IMG/VR virus record: IMGVR_UViG_3300043446_000670
DNA length: 64,000 bases
Source: an uncultured virus (IMG/VR IMGVR_UViG_3300043446_000670)
Taxonomy: Duplodnaviria > Heunggongvirae > Uroviricota > Caudoviricetes
Strand: one strand, 5' to 3'
Shown: positions 46,033 through 55,240 of the stretch, one piece after another
How positions within the stretch are numbered: the first letter of the stretch is position 1
Layout: each line of letters begins with the position of its first letter
Position numbers and translations under genes: made by a program
Notes under the pieces: generated by a model
What the model was told of the DNA's origin: nothing
The model's input: the letters and a program-made list of their open reading frames with translations, nothing else
The model's database searches: none

Positions 46033-47433
46033 CTATTGCGTTAAATCATAGAAAGAGATCGACCCAAGTCCACTGCCCTTGGTCGCACCGTCTACTGTTC
46101 TGACTGCCAACGTGTAAATGTCGCTCACACTAGTTAATGACACGCCTAGCTGCAAGTCCCAGTTATATCCCGTTGGCGCACTGGTTTGCGAAACCCCGCC
46201 GCTTCCCGTGCTGGTCACGTAATCTGTTTGCACAATACTTCCTGTGGCAGAAATTGCTGTAGCGGCAATATCGTATTCAACATTGCTGTCTGAAGGAACC
46301 GTAGCAGCCCATGTTGCTCCCGTTAAGGTTGGGTTCTTTAACAGAACCACCTCATAGTTCTGGGAAGTCAGGGGTAGAAACTGAACACGATTTGGCAATA
46401 CAACCGCACCTGTTCTGCCAGAGGCAAGACGAATCGACACAATCGGGTAGAAGGTTGCCGCTGTATCAATGTTGGAAAACGCTGTTGTGCGTCGCGCTAC
46501 ATGGTCAATCGATGTCTGCTCAAAACCACCCTCAGAAACCACCGAGCAGCAAATAGACTTCATTGAAGCCGCTATTGCTGAAGAGCTTGTGATCTCATAT
46601 CTAATAGGCAAAATCGCCGTGGTCATGTAAACGGATGTGATGTCGTTGGCATTATTGAATGTATGGCAAACGATGTACTCGCCGTTGATAATAAAGCCGC
46701 AACGAACAGACCCTACGCCCAACCACTCAAAGTCCATCCACAGAATCTGTGCCTTGGAAGGATCTAACGTAAGACCGCTTGCACCTGTGCCGTCTAGCTT
46801 GTCGCCATTCCAATCATCTTGATTGACCGTGCGTATATCGCTAGGGGTTCCCGGATTTGGGGTAGAGCTTGAACGCAAGACAAACGAATACACACCATCC
46901 ACACGTTGGAAGAACACCCCGTTCTGAGTGTTGAAGTAGCCCACACGCTGCGTAAGATTTGTACTGGCGTTCCCATCCATTACAAAGGTGGCAAGAATTA
47001 ATAAGCCTTTTCCGGGCTGGTAGGGGAAACTCCGATAAGACTGCCTGACAACAGATCCGACACCTACGCCGGTCACCTGCATCTGCACCGCTGCTTCATT
47101 AGAAAGGAAGGAAGTTGTGCCTGTCCCGGTTGTAGCTATATCAAATTGATTGTCAGCCGCGTATCTGTTCTGGCTGTCAAACAGGGTGTATGGCTGACTT
47201 ACTCGAAGCCGCCCAAAGGCATCCGTATTGGTGCCCCCGATTGAGATGGGTAGTGTCGATGAGTTAGCCATAAGCTGCGCCAAAAAGTTATCAAGTGTAT
47301 TAAAGTACAAACGCAGAATACTGTTTAGCTGGTTGTGATATTCCCGGCTGTATTCATTTGGCGCAAACGGCAATGCAGGAGCCTTGGTGGAATAAAGTTC
47401 CACTGATTCCGTAGTAACAATTTGAGTACTCAT
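46033..47433 (-). CDS. Virion structural protein with lectin-like beta domain
   Basis: N-terminal APALPFAPNEY...LRLYF followed by DAFGRLRVS and a beta-rich domain. Confidence 0.6.
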   Translation of the reverse strand: MSTQIVTTESVELYSTKAPALPFAPNEYSREYHNQLNSILRLYFNTLDNFLAQLMANSSTLPISIGGTNTDAFGRLRVSQPYTLFDSQNRYAADNQFDIATTGTGTTSFLSNEAAVQMQVTGVGVGSVVRQSYRSFPYQPGKGLLILATFVMDGNASTNLTQRVGYFNTQNGVFFQRVDGVYSFVLRSSSTPNPGTPSDIRTVNQDDWNGDKLDGTGASGLTLDPSKAQILWMDFEWLGVGSVRCGFIINGEYIVCHTFNNANDITSVYMTTAILPIRYEITSSSAIAASMKSICCSVVSEGGFEQTSIDHVARRTTAFSNIDTAATFYPIVSIRLASGRTGAVVLPNRVQFLPLTSQNYEVVLLKNPTLTGATWAATVPSDSNVEYDIAATAISATGSIVQTDYVTSTGSGGVSQTSAPTGYNWDLQLGVSLTSVSDIYTLAVRTVDGATKGSGLGSISFYDLTQ

Positions 47434-49745
47434 CTGCGCCCATCAGGTCTAATGTCAAGTCGTGGGGAGCCTAGCTGCCATGCCACACCAATGTTGGTAG
47501 ACCGAAGCTCTAGCGTCATCTGCCTGCCTCTGACCCGCGTGTAAATCTGCCCCGTGAACTCTTCTATAGGAATAGTCGCTGTCCTTGTAACCGAATGGCT
47601 GGCATAGCCTCCCACCGATGGCGGGGTGGTATATCCAGAGCCTGAATTCTTCAATGGCTTTAAATACATCGTCGCGGTTGGACTATCGGCGGTCGATCCC
47701 ACAAAGGTAATGTCTGGCAGAACCCTCCAAACAAAGGAGAAGTTGTGCCCGTCATCCAAGTCAAACTGCGCAGAATTAATGTATGCCTCAATAGGCTGCG
47801 TTGAGCTTGTCTCTTTATTATCGTTGCCGATCTCGTGGATTACAGTGTTGTTAATATAGGTGGTTGCCAACGGTCCCTGTTGATATGGGGAGTCAAGCCA
47901 CGCTGTTCTTCCAAGGTCGCCGTAGTACCAGATGTCTTCTACGTAGTTGTAAACGACGTACCGGTCAATCACGGTTGATCCTGATGTGCAGTAGAACCAC
48001 CAGACTTCATTGAAGCCTTCATTGGTTCCAGCAAATATCTGGTCTGCCTGATCTAGATTAATGTCGCTGTAAATGAACTTCCTGAGGTCGCATCGCAGGG
48101 TCTGTACTCGACCGTCGTATTTATAGAACTTATCCACACCCATCCAGAAAGCCACGCCGCTGGCTAATGCCGTAGCGTTTTGCCCGATGATGGAGAGGTT
48201 GTCGCCAAGTAATTGGGTGCCCCAGACAATCGGGGGATTAAGGTATTGCAAGGAATATAACGATGTGTCTGTCCAGACCAGAATTTCCTGTCGGCTCTGG
48301 AGGGCAGTAACAATCTGAGACCCATGAGAAAGCCTGACGCTACCTGCCTGATTGGTCGCAGAGGGAGTCCAGTTTGTGACACTCTCTTGGTCAGACCACC
48401 TGATCAACATAGGATCAAAGGTTGTTCCAAGATAATCATTTGAGCCAAAGCAGAAGGTGAACCGGCTAATGTCTGAGACCGTCAGATAGTTTTGCTTGAG
48501 CGGGACATTAGACGCGCCGCTCATGTCCTCTACGGCAATCGCTCTGGTAGAGATTCTCTGGGTTCCAGATTGACTTCCGGATGTATTGATAGGCGTTCCA
48601 CCTGCCGTGGCGGCTAGGTTACAGGTTACCCCGGAGGCATTGACCACATAATAGACAACCCCCGGTAGAAGCCCCGTAGGAAGACTTCCCGTGGTCGTTA
48701 GGGTGATTGCCATGCCATCGGTTAAAACCGATCCTGTCGTCATCACCGCAGGGCTGGCGATGGTAATAGAAGCCGTTGTGCCAAAGACACCAACGCTGGC
48801 ATCCCAGTAATAGAGCTTGCCGTTCCGTGGTCCAAAAACAAGGTCTTCACCAAAGTTTGTTTGGCTCCAAAGCCTCAATGCTTGGTTAGAAGTAGTCCCA
48901 ATCCCCCACTCTCCAAAGCCCCATTCTCCAGCGCCCCAACCGGTAATAGGCACAGCAATCTCTGAACCAATGTTGATTTGGTAAACAGCCTGAACTGTGC
49001 CGCCGCCATTGGTCACCGTGGAAGTTGCCTTGGCGGTAACTGTGTGAGATCCAGCCTGAGAGCTGCCGATTGCAGAGATAGCCGTGCCGCCAGAAGTTGC
49101 TGCTAGGTTAAACGTATAGCTTGATGTGTTTACAACGTAGTACGTCGTCCCGGCAACAAACGGAGGCGGGAGAGACCCGGTAGTAGATAAAACGACCGGA
49201 GTGTTATTGGCTAGTTTAAACATAGCAGTGAACACAGCAGGACTACCTGCCGTAATCGCCACATCCGAAGACATTGCTATGGTGTAGTCGTTCCCGCTAA
49301 TGGAAAGGATTTCATGTTCGCCAAGAATGGTCAGGTTTCCTGTTGCGGAACTTCCATAAAAAGTTACGAAGTCGCCAACTTGATACCCGCCATTACCATC
49401 GGTAACGGTGATAGTTGAAGAGCCATTGGTGGTATCAAAGGGATTGGTCAGCGTGACAGATTCCCGAATGGGCGTAATGTCGTAATATTCCCCGCCCTGA
49501 GAGATGTAAAACTTCTTGTTCGTGCCAAGGCTTATTAGATTGGTGCTGTTTAAAGTTGACCAGTTCCACAAAGACCGGCAGACACCGTCAAAAGTGTTCT
49601 CAGAAATTCTTTCCCAGCCACCTATTTTCTCAGGTGTGCCTTGGCGAAACCGGACCTTATCACAGTCATACCAACCATTCTCATTGGTATATCGTGTGTT
49701 TTCCCTGTTTACACCTGCCTTGAAAAGAAGTTTCTTTAATGGCAT
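47430..49745 (-). CDS. Tail stabilisation/nozzle protein (P22 gp10/T7 gp12-like position)
   Basis: VRFRQGTPEKIGGW, IRWSDQE, EVWWFY, RVRGRQ...RLDIRPDGRR. Confidence 0.7.
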   Translation of the reverse strand: MPLKKLLFKAGVNRENTRYTNENGWYDCDKVRFRQGTPEKIGGWERISENTFDGVCRSLWNWSTLNSTNLISLGTNKKFYISQGGEYYDITPIRESVTLTNPFDTTNGSSTITVTDGNGGYQVGDFVTFYGSSATGNLTILGEHEILSISGNDYTIAMSSDVAITAGSPAVFTAMFKLANNTPVVLSTTGSLPPPFVAGTTYYVVNTSSYTFNLAATSGGTAISAIGSSQAGSHTVTAKATSTVTNGGGTVQAVYQINIGSEIAVPITGWGAGEWGFGEWGIGTTSNQALRLWSQTNFGEDLVFGPRNGKLYYWDASVGVFGTTASITIASPAVMTTGSVLTDGMAITLTTTGSLPTGLLPGVVYYVVNASGVTCNLAATAGGTPINTSGSQSGTQRISTRAIAVEDMSGASNVPLKQNYLTVSDISRFTFCFGSNDYLGTTFDPMLIRWSDQESVTNWTPSATNQAGSVRLSHGSQIVTALQSRQEILVWTDTSLYSLQYLNPPIVWGTQLLGDNLSIIGQNATALASGVAFWMGVDKFYKYDGRVQTLRCDLRKFIYSDINLDQADQIFAGTNEGFNEVWWFYCTSGSTVIDRYVVYNYVEDIWYYGDLGRTAWLDSPYQQGPLATTYINNTVIHEIGNDNKETSSTQPIEAYINSAQFDLDDGHNFSFVWRVLPDITFVGSTADSPTATMYLKPLKNSGSGYTTPPSVGGYASHSVTRTATIPIEEFTGQIYTRVRGRQMTLELRSTNIGVAWQLGSPRLDIRPDGRR

Positions 49746-49746
49746 T

Positions 49747-50205
49747 TTATTTCACCGATTCGTATTGGGCGTAGCATTGCTTGAGGGCTGCTCTGAGTTC
49801 GTCGGCTTCTCTGGCGACCCTGACAAGAAATTCTCCATCCTCTCTGTAAAGCTCTTTGCCGGTACATCCACCTTGTCTAGCGCCGGAAGTACTGGACAGG
49901 GAACCATCAGTGGGGCGGGCTTGGCGGTCGCGCAAGCCGTTAGCCAAAGCGGTAGCACGAGCATTAAGATTCTTGAGTTCACGGTCTTTTTCCTGCCTGA
50001 TATTGTTCGCAGCCTGTTGCCAATTCTGCTCTTTTTCCCTAGCTTTCTCAACCTCTGCGGTGTATAGGGCTAGGGAGTCCGCTCTCTCTTTGTCCCACTG
50101 CTGTTGGACATAAGCCTGACCTGATTCATCCCCTTTGTAATAGCCGGTGCCAAACGCCGCAATCACGGCTAATACAACGCCAAGGATGACCCAAGGGTTC
50201 ATCAT
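49747..50205 (-). CDS. Inner-membrane spanin (Rz-like)
   Basis: N-terminal TM helix, coiled coil, AREADELRAALKQC end; in the lysis cluster. Confidence 0.75.
   Translation of the reverse strand: MMNPWVILGVVLAVIAAFGTGYYKGDESGQAYVQQQWDKERADSLALYTAEVEKAREKEQNWQQAANNIRQEKDRELKNLNARATALANGLRDRQARPTDGSLSSTSGARQGGCTGKELYREDGEFLVRVAREADELRAALKQCYAQYESVK
49752..49982 (-). CDS. Outer-membrane spanin lipoprotein (Rz1-like), embedded in Rz
   Basis: Alternative frame; GTG 49982 with AGGA upstream; lipobox LTAC followed by a Pro-rich segment. Confidence 0.7.
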   Translation of the reverse strand: MNSRILMLVLPLWLTACATAKPAPLMVPCPVLPALDKVDVPAKSFTERMENFLSGSPEKPTNSEQPSSNATPNTNR

Positions 50206-50384
50206 TTCTTAGGGGGCACAGCGGTGCCATCAAGCTTCTTGTGAACCTTAATCTTTTTGCAAACCTCTACCTCTTTGCCTTTCTTTACTTCCTTGGTGCA
50301 GACTTCTTTAATCTCACCGCCAGCCCAGCTTAAGTTTAAAGTCAGGGTCAGAAGAGTTAACAGTGCAATTTTGATAAGCTTCAT
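50202..50384 (-). CDS. Small secreted basic protein
   Basis: Signal peptide ending SWA; two Cys. Confidence 0.6.
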   Translation of the reverse strand: MKLIKIALLTLLTLTLNLSWAGGEIKEVCTKEVKKGKEVEVCKKIKVHKKLDGTAVPPKK

Positions 50385-50824
50385 TATTCGATCTCCGGAT
50401 GCGGTGGTTGTACTGGGGCTGGTTTACCTTTGTAGCCTTGTTGAACTGGCGGCGCAGAGTTTACTGGGTCAAGGGTTGGCTCTTGGCGCTTAGATATAGG
50501 CATGGGCTTGTCCTCGCGCTCTTCCTTGGTCGAGAGATTGGGAGGCACAAACTGTGGCAGAGCATCTTTGCCTTTAACTGCCAAGAGAGTTGCTAATGAT
50601 CCAAGGATGTACTTGGACATGTCCGAGAGAATCAAGAAGAACTGTTTATCTGCCGGTGCCATGCCGTTCATGGGTTGCGTTACAAAAACGACACTATAAA
50701 GGCTGACCCCCACCATGATGACCACAGTGCAGCAGAAGGTGAAGGCGATACAGAACTTAATTACCGCATCGTGCTGCTCCTGTGACATCGCAAGGAACTG
50801 GCTGATTAACTTTAGCGGGTTCAT
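50384..50824 (-). CDS. Two-TM membrane protein (holin candidate)
   Basis: Two hydrophobic helices; in the lysis cluster. Confidence 0.55.
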   Translation of the reverse strand: MNPLKLISQFLAMSQEQHDAVIKFCIAFTFCCTVVIMVGVSLYSVVFVTQPMNGMAPADKQFFLILSDMSKYILGSLATLLAVKGKDALPQFVPPNLSTKEEREDKPMPISKRQEPTLDPVNSAPPVQQGYKGKPAPVQPPHPEIE

Positions 50825-50990
50825 CCTTCATTTCCTCCGGTTTCATAAGCTGGTCTGGGCAGGTTCCTGTCACTGCGCAGTAAGGTCGTTTACATTCTTT
50901 CTTTTCCCAGTTGTCAGGGTCTTGGCAAGGGTATCTAAACCGCTCGCACCCCAACAGACTAAATACCAAGAATACGGCGAATACGCGCAT
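50757..50990 (-). CDS. Cys-rich lipoprotein
   Basis: MRVFAVFLVFSLLG|CERFRYPCQDP...C...C...C; SD GGAG. Confidence 0.65.
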   Translation of the reverse strand: MRVFAVFLVFSLLGCERFRYPCQDPDNWEKKECKRPYCAVTGTCPDQLMKPEEMKDEPAKVNQPVPCDVTGAARCGN

Positions 50991-51600
50991 GTTGAAGCTC
51001 CCTGTCGTCCATACCTTTGGTTCCACCATTGATCTTCTTGGTCAGGGTAAGAAAATCCCCGGAATCGGCGTAGTGGTTTAAATTGTTGCTCTCCCAGAAC
51101 CAGCAGGCTGACTGGGCTGCTCCCTCGAAGGTCTGTAAGTATTCTGCCGCTTCTTCAGGAGTGATCTCCAAGCTCATGGCAAACCGAGTCATATTGTCTT
51201 TGCCGGTCAATTGGATCAGACCTTTTCCGGCAAATTTCCAACCCTCGTTAGACTCCTCTGGACCATTTCCCATACGGTTTGCGTAAACCCTGTTAGCGAT
51301 GGCGCGGGGGTTACGCTCATACTTTTGAGCGGTTGCCATGTCTGGGAAATACTTGGGGAACGTCTTGAGAAGCCCTGAGGCTTTGTAGTTCAAGTTCTCA
51401 GAGAGGTATACGAACCCGCCCGACTCATGATGGCACTGCGCCATGAAGGCAGCAACACGAACCGGCGTGTTGATGTCGTAGTCGTTTAAAAGGGTTGCTC
51501 CGTTTAACTCTTTTTGAGGGGCAAATAGCGCGTCATGCCATTGTTCAGGATACTTTGTCAGAGGAGCAAATTCCTTGAATTGCTTTAAACTTAACATCAA
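50959..51600 (-). CDS. Endolysin, glycoside hydrolase family 19
   Basis: AAFMAQCHHESG, ENLNY, GKGLIQLTG, SACWFW, TKKINGG. Confidence 0.9.
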   Translation of the reverse strand: MMLSLKQFKEFAPLTKYPEQWHDALFAPQKELNGATLLNDYDINTPVRVAAFMAQCHHESGGFVYLSENLNYKASGLLKTFPKYFPDMATAQKYERNPRAIANRVYANRMGNGPEESNEGWKFAGKGLIQLTGKDNMTRFAMSLEITPEEAAEYLQTFEGAAQSACWFWESNNLNHYADSGDFLTLTKKINGGTKGMDDRELQHARIRRILGI

Positions 51601-51890
51601 TCCCCCTGCATCATCATTAACATTTTTGCACGTAACTCACGCATCTTCTTGATTTCTTCAACTGCCACGGTAGTAGCGTTGTGCATGTCAAGGTATGCCA
51701 TCCCCAAAAGCGGTATGGCAAAAACAAAAGTTAGTGCCATTATTCCAAGACAAATCACGATAACCCACGGTACGTCTGACTCGTTCTTATCATTATTAGA
51801 ACGCCCCACATCCACGCCGTTACGAACAGGATTGCCCCAATCCATGTTGTTAGAGCTTTGATTTGATTTATTGCCCTTCTGCGTCGCCAT
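51597..51890 (-). CDS. Membrane protein upstream of the endolysin
   Basis: One long TM segment; start uncertain; overlaps the upstream gene. Confidence 0.5.
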   Translation of the reverse strand: MATQKGNKSNQSSNNMDWGNPVRNGVDVGRSNNDKNESDVPWVIVICLGIMALTFVFAIPLLGMAYLDMHNATTVAVEEIKKMRELRAKMLMMMQGD

Positions 51891-52444
51891 AATATGATTT
51901 GTGTTTTTCTCATTTCTTCAGCGAGGGCTTGGTTTTGCTCCTGAACAATCTGCTGCCACATACGCTCAAAACGAGTCCACACATCCCCCAATTCTGGCGG
52001 GGTGTTATACACCATCATTTCCCGCACAGTTGCTAACATTGCATCTAACTGCGTTCTGATTCTAATTCTACGTAGCGCTCTGATCGCTACGGATTCATTG
52101 CCTTTGTACAGCTTCTTGGCGTTCCCTTCTTCTTCTATGAACGCCTGCATTAACTTCTCGTACTCCCCAACAAAGACCGCAAGGTGATCCCATACGTCGT
52201 TTAAAGCATCGTTTGGGTGAGAGTTTGCTACCTTCTGGACTCTCTTTACCTCTTCGTTGTATTGCCTCGTTTGCTCTGGGCTTGGAGAGGTAATCTTGTG
52301 GTATTGCTCTTTTAAATCTTTAAGAACATCTCCTACCTCCCCTGCCGTTGACTTAACTTCTTTGTAAAAAGCTATTCCTCTCTTGGCAAGGTCTATCGCA
52401 GTTGTTGCTGCCTTGAAACACGCTGCAATGGTGATCGGGTCCAC
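51755..52444 (-). CDS. Helical protein with C-terminal TM segment
   Basis: MDPIT start, coiled coil, hydrophobic C-terminus. Confidence 0.6.
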   Translation of the reverse strand: MDPITIAACFKAATTAIDLAKRGIAFYKEVKSTAGEVGDVLKDLKEQYHKITSPSPEQTRQYNEEVKRVQKVANSHPNDALNDVWDHLAVFVGEYEKLMQAFIEEEGNAKKLYKGNESVAIRALRRIRIRTQLDAMLATVREMMVYNTPPELGDVWTRFERMWQQIVQEQNQALAEEMRKTQIILWRRRRAINQIKALTTWIGAILFVTAWMWGVLIMIRTSQTYRGLS

Positions 52445-52456
52445 ATTGGCTTCCCC

Positions 52457-55231
52457 TTATTGATCCTGCCACTGCGAAGTCTGCGGGGTGAAAGCTGCTG
52501 TGTAGCGGGCGTATTTTGTAACACGCAAATCGTCGATATACCCAGTCATATTGTTGGACGACGTACCTGCATAATATCTTCCAAAATACACAGTACCAGT
52601 GGCGCTAAAACTTACATTTGCTGCTATAGAGCCAAGAAGCGTCCCATTTATATACGCATACAACGTCCCGGACTGTTTTACCATTGCAACGTGTATCCAT
52701 GAGTTCTGCACAAGCCCTGTGCTGCCGGTAATCAGATAAGAGTTAAAGCCGCCTATCCTCCAGCCGCTACTAAAAATGTTTATGCCAACATGTAATGCTC
52801 CCGAAGCAGGAAAATCTATTACGTACTGGTCGCCGGACAAAGCCCCAGTGATATAAACCCAGCACTCAATAGTAAAATCGCCTGTGCCAAAATCAAATCT
52901 ATTATTGTAGTTTTGAATTACTGAGTAGCTGCTTGTATCAGGCAAACTTATGCTCGAACCACCAAACTTACTCTGCGTCGTACTGATCTGCGCATTGCCA
53001 ACAGTCTCCAGCACGTTCTTGCCAGTTGCGTCAGTGACCCCTGCGTTGGTGAAAAGCGCCAGCAATGAAGGGCTAGACGCTCCTTGACTTGTGAGCGTCA
53101 ACGGAGAAGAAGGCGGCGTGAAAATACTTGCACCAGTTGTCGTGCTGGTTGTTTGATACGACGTTGGTACAGAGCCTTTTGTAGAGCGAACATTAGTTAT
53201 ATAGCCAATCCACGGGTACGTGGTTGTAGTTCCGTAAAAATTACCTATTCTGTTAGCTGTAGATGTAAAATCAAACGCTGGACTTGGCGTATATGTTCCT
53301 TGCAAAACACCATCAACAAAAAGCCTGAACACCCCGCTTTGACGTGTTACACAAACGTGATTCCAATATGCGCCAGCTTTTGCTGTCGCTACAATTTCTT
53401 GCCCAGCCCACGAAACATACCAAGCACCCGTAGATGTATTAGCCGCTATAGCTATTCCATCCTTAAATGAACCTCCGCTAGTTCTGGAATCAAACGCAAA
53501 TTTGTAATCTGAAAATGTGCCGCCAGTGTAATAAGCGAAAAACTCAATGCACATATCAGTCGTGCCAGCGTTTGTCAGACCTCCAGTTATTGATAAATAA
53601 TCGCCCGTCCCATCAAAATACCCGCTGCCACCATTCGTCGACGCGCTGTACGCAGCCGTAGGAGCGAACGGGCTGAAGGCTTGGATGCTGGCGGTAGAGC
53701 CAACTGTAGCCGTCGCAGCCGTTACGCTGTTATCGACAAAGCGATTGCTTTGCAGCGTCAGCAGAACCGTATTGGTAATGGCTGTGAGTGGTGCAGTCGG
53801 AACAGTAAAGCCGGATGTGCTGTATACAGCCGTACCTTTAACTATTCTGATGTTAGACACATAACCGTTGAGCGCAAAAGTTTGCGTTCCTGTGTCTCGT
53901 TCTCCGATAGATAATGGCGTGGTGCCATCAGTAAAGTTAGTTGTAGCTACCGCCGCACGATCAAGAACACCATCAAGGAAAAGGTACGAATTACCACCGG
54001 TTCGCATCCAGCAGACGTGATACCACTTGCCTGTTACTACCGTAGTGTTGCCGGGGTATGTAGAGCCAGCAAAACCAAACCAGATTTTGTCACTGGAGCT
54101 TTTTCCAACAATCCAACCGGGGCCTGCTGTGCCATCAAATCGTTCCATAATGCTTTGTTCAGAACCCATTCCACCGGTGAAGTAAACCCACATCTCAACG
54201 GTAAAGTCGGCAGTGCTGCCTAAGCTGTACGCCGCATTGGTGGGAAAGGTGACTGGCGGTGAGGTCTGAGCGCCCGTGAAGTTTGCGCTCCACCCCGTCT
54301 GCGAGAACGGCGAGAACGTACCCTGCGTCGTGTTGCCGTTGCGGGTTATGGTGAAGTTGTTGCTGCTGGAGTCAAGGAACGTGTTGTTCTGGGCTCCGTT
54401 CGTGCCGTTGCCGTGCAGCAGCAGTGTCGTGTTCTGGAAGTACGGGTCGTACATGTTCCACCGACGGGTCTGCGCTGCTTGTATAGCGTCAGACACAGTC
54501 CAGATACCGGGAGTCGCTGCGCCAAGTGCCGGGTTGTATGCCACATAGCCTTGGAACGGTGTGAACGTGCTGACTGCTGCGTTGCCGTTGGCTGTAATCG
54601 TGAAGTTGTTGCTGCTCTGGTCTACGATAGCCGGGGAGTTGCAGGTCAGCAGGCTGGTGTTGGTGATGGCGAGTAGCTGCGTGGGTGGCGTGAACGCTGC
54701 GGTGTAGAGGGCAGTGCCGACCACAACTCTTAAATTACTTATGTATCCAGTAAGTAAAGAGCTATAGCTACTTGCCTGTCTCGTTGCAGCAATACCGTAC
54801 CCGTTTGTGGAATCACTTAAAGTTTTGCTGTCCGCAACAGAACCCAAAGAAGTACCGTTCCTATAAACTGTAACTGTTCCGCTATTTCTTACCCACGCCA
54901 TGTGGTACCACTGCCCAGTAGACCACGTAAAAGACCCGTCTATGGTTGCTTGACTTCCTTGACCATCAAAAGAACGCCACAGGTTTGTTGTTCCTACACG
55001 GAAAACAAAGTTGCCGTTAAAACCAACAGTATAATAATTGGTGCTACTACCTACAGTAGTCTCACTTGCCGCTGCGGCTGTTAAATATACCCAACACTCA
55101 ATAGTAAAATTTCCAGCACCCAAAGACGTACCAGAAGACATACTTAAATAATCCCCCGTCCCGTCAAACGCGACAGAGTACCCAGCATTAGCGCCAGAAG
55201 TAATAATGTTTCCCGGATATTTCGTGCTCAT
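52457..55231 (-). CDS. Tail fibre/adhesin with four LamG (ConA-like) domains
   Basis: Repeated FTIECW...WxHxAxVR...YxNG...GYIxxxR units. Confidence 0.8.
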   Translation of the reverse strand: MSTKYPGNIITSGANAGYSVAFDGTGDYLSMSSGTSLGAGNFTIECWVYLTAAAASETTVGSSTNYYTVGFNGNFVFRVGTTNLWRSFDGQGSQATIDGSFTWSTGQWYHMAWVRNSGTVTVYRNGTSLGSVADSKTLSDSTNGYGIAATRQASSYSSLLTGYISNLRVVVGTALYTAAFTPPTQLLAITNTSLLTCNSPAIVDQSSNNFTITANGNAAVSTFTPFQGYVAYNPALGAATPGIWTVSDAIQAAQTRRWNMYDPYFQNTTLLLHGNGTNGAQNNTFLDSSSNNFTITRNGNTTQGTFSPFSQTGWSANFTGAQTSPPVTFPTNAAYSLGSTADFTVEMWVYFTGGMGSEQSIMERFDGTAGPGWIVGKSSSDKIWFGFAGSTYPGNTTVVTGKWYHVCWMRTGGNSYLFLDGVLDRAAVATTNFTDGTTPLSIGERDTGTQTFALNGYVSNIRIVKGTAVYSTSGFTVPTAPLTAITNTVLLTLQSNRFVDNSVTAATATVGSTASIQAFSPFAPTAAYSASTNGGSGYFDGTGDYLSITGGLTNAGTTDMCIEFFAYYTGGTFSDYKFAFDSRTSGGSFKDGIAIAANTSTGAWYVSWAGQEIVATAKAGAYWNHVCVTRQSGVFRLFVDGVLQGTYTPSPAFDFTSTANRIGNFYGTTTTYPWIGYITNVRSTKGSVPTSYQTTSTTTGASIFTPPSSPLTLTSQGASSPSLLALFTNAGVTDATGKNVLETVGNAQISTTQSKFGGSSISLPDTSSYSVIQNYNNRFDFGTGDFTIECWVYITGALSGDQYVIDFPASGALHVGINIFSSGWRIGGFNSYLITGSTGLVQNSWIHVAMVKQSGTLYAYINGTLLGSIAANVSFSATGTVYFGRYYAGTSSNNMTGYIDDLRVTKYARYTAAFTPQTSQWQDQ

Positions 55232-55240
55232 GTTTTATCC

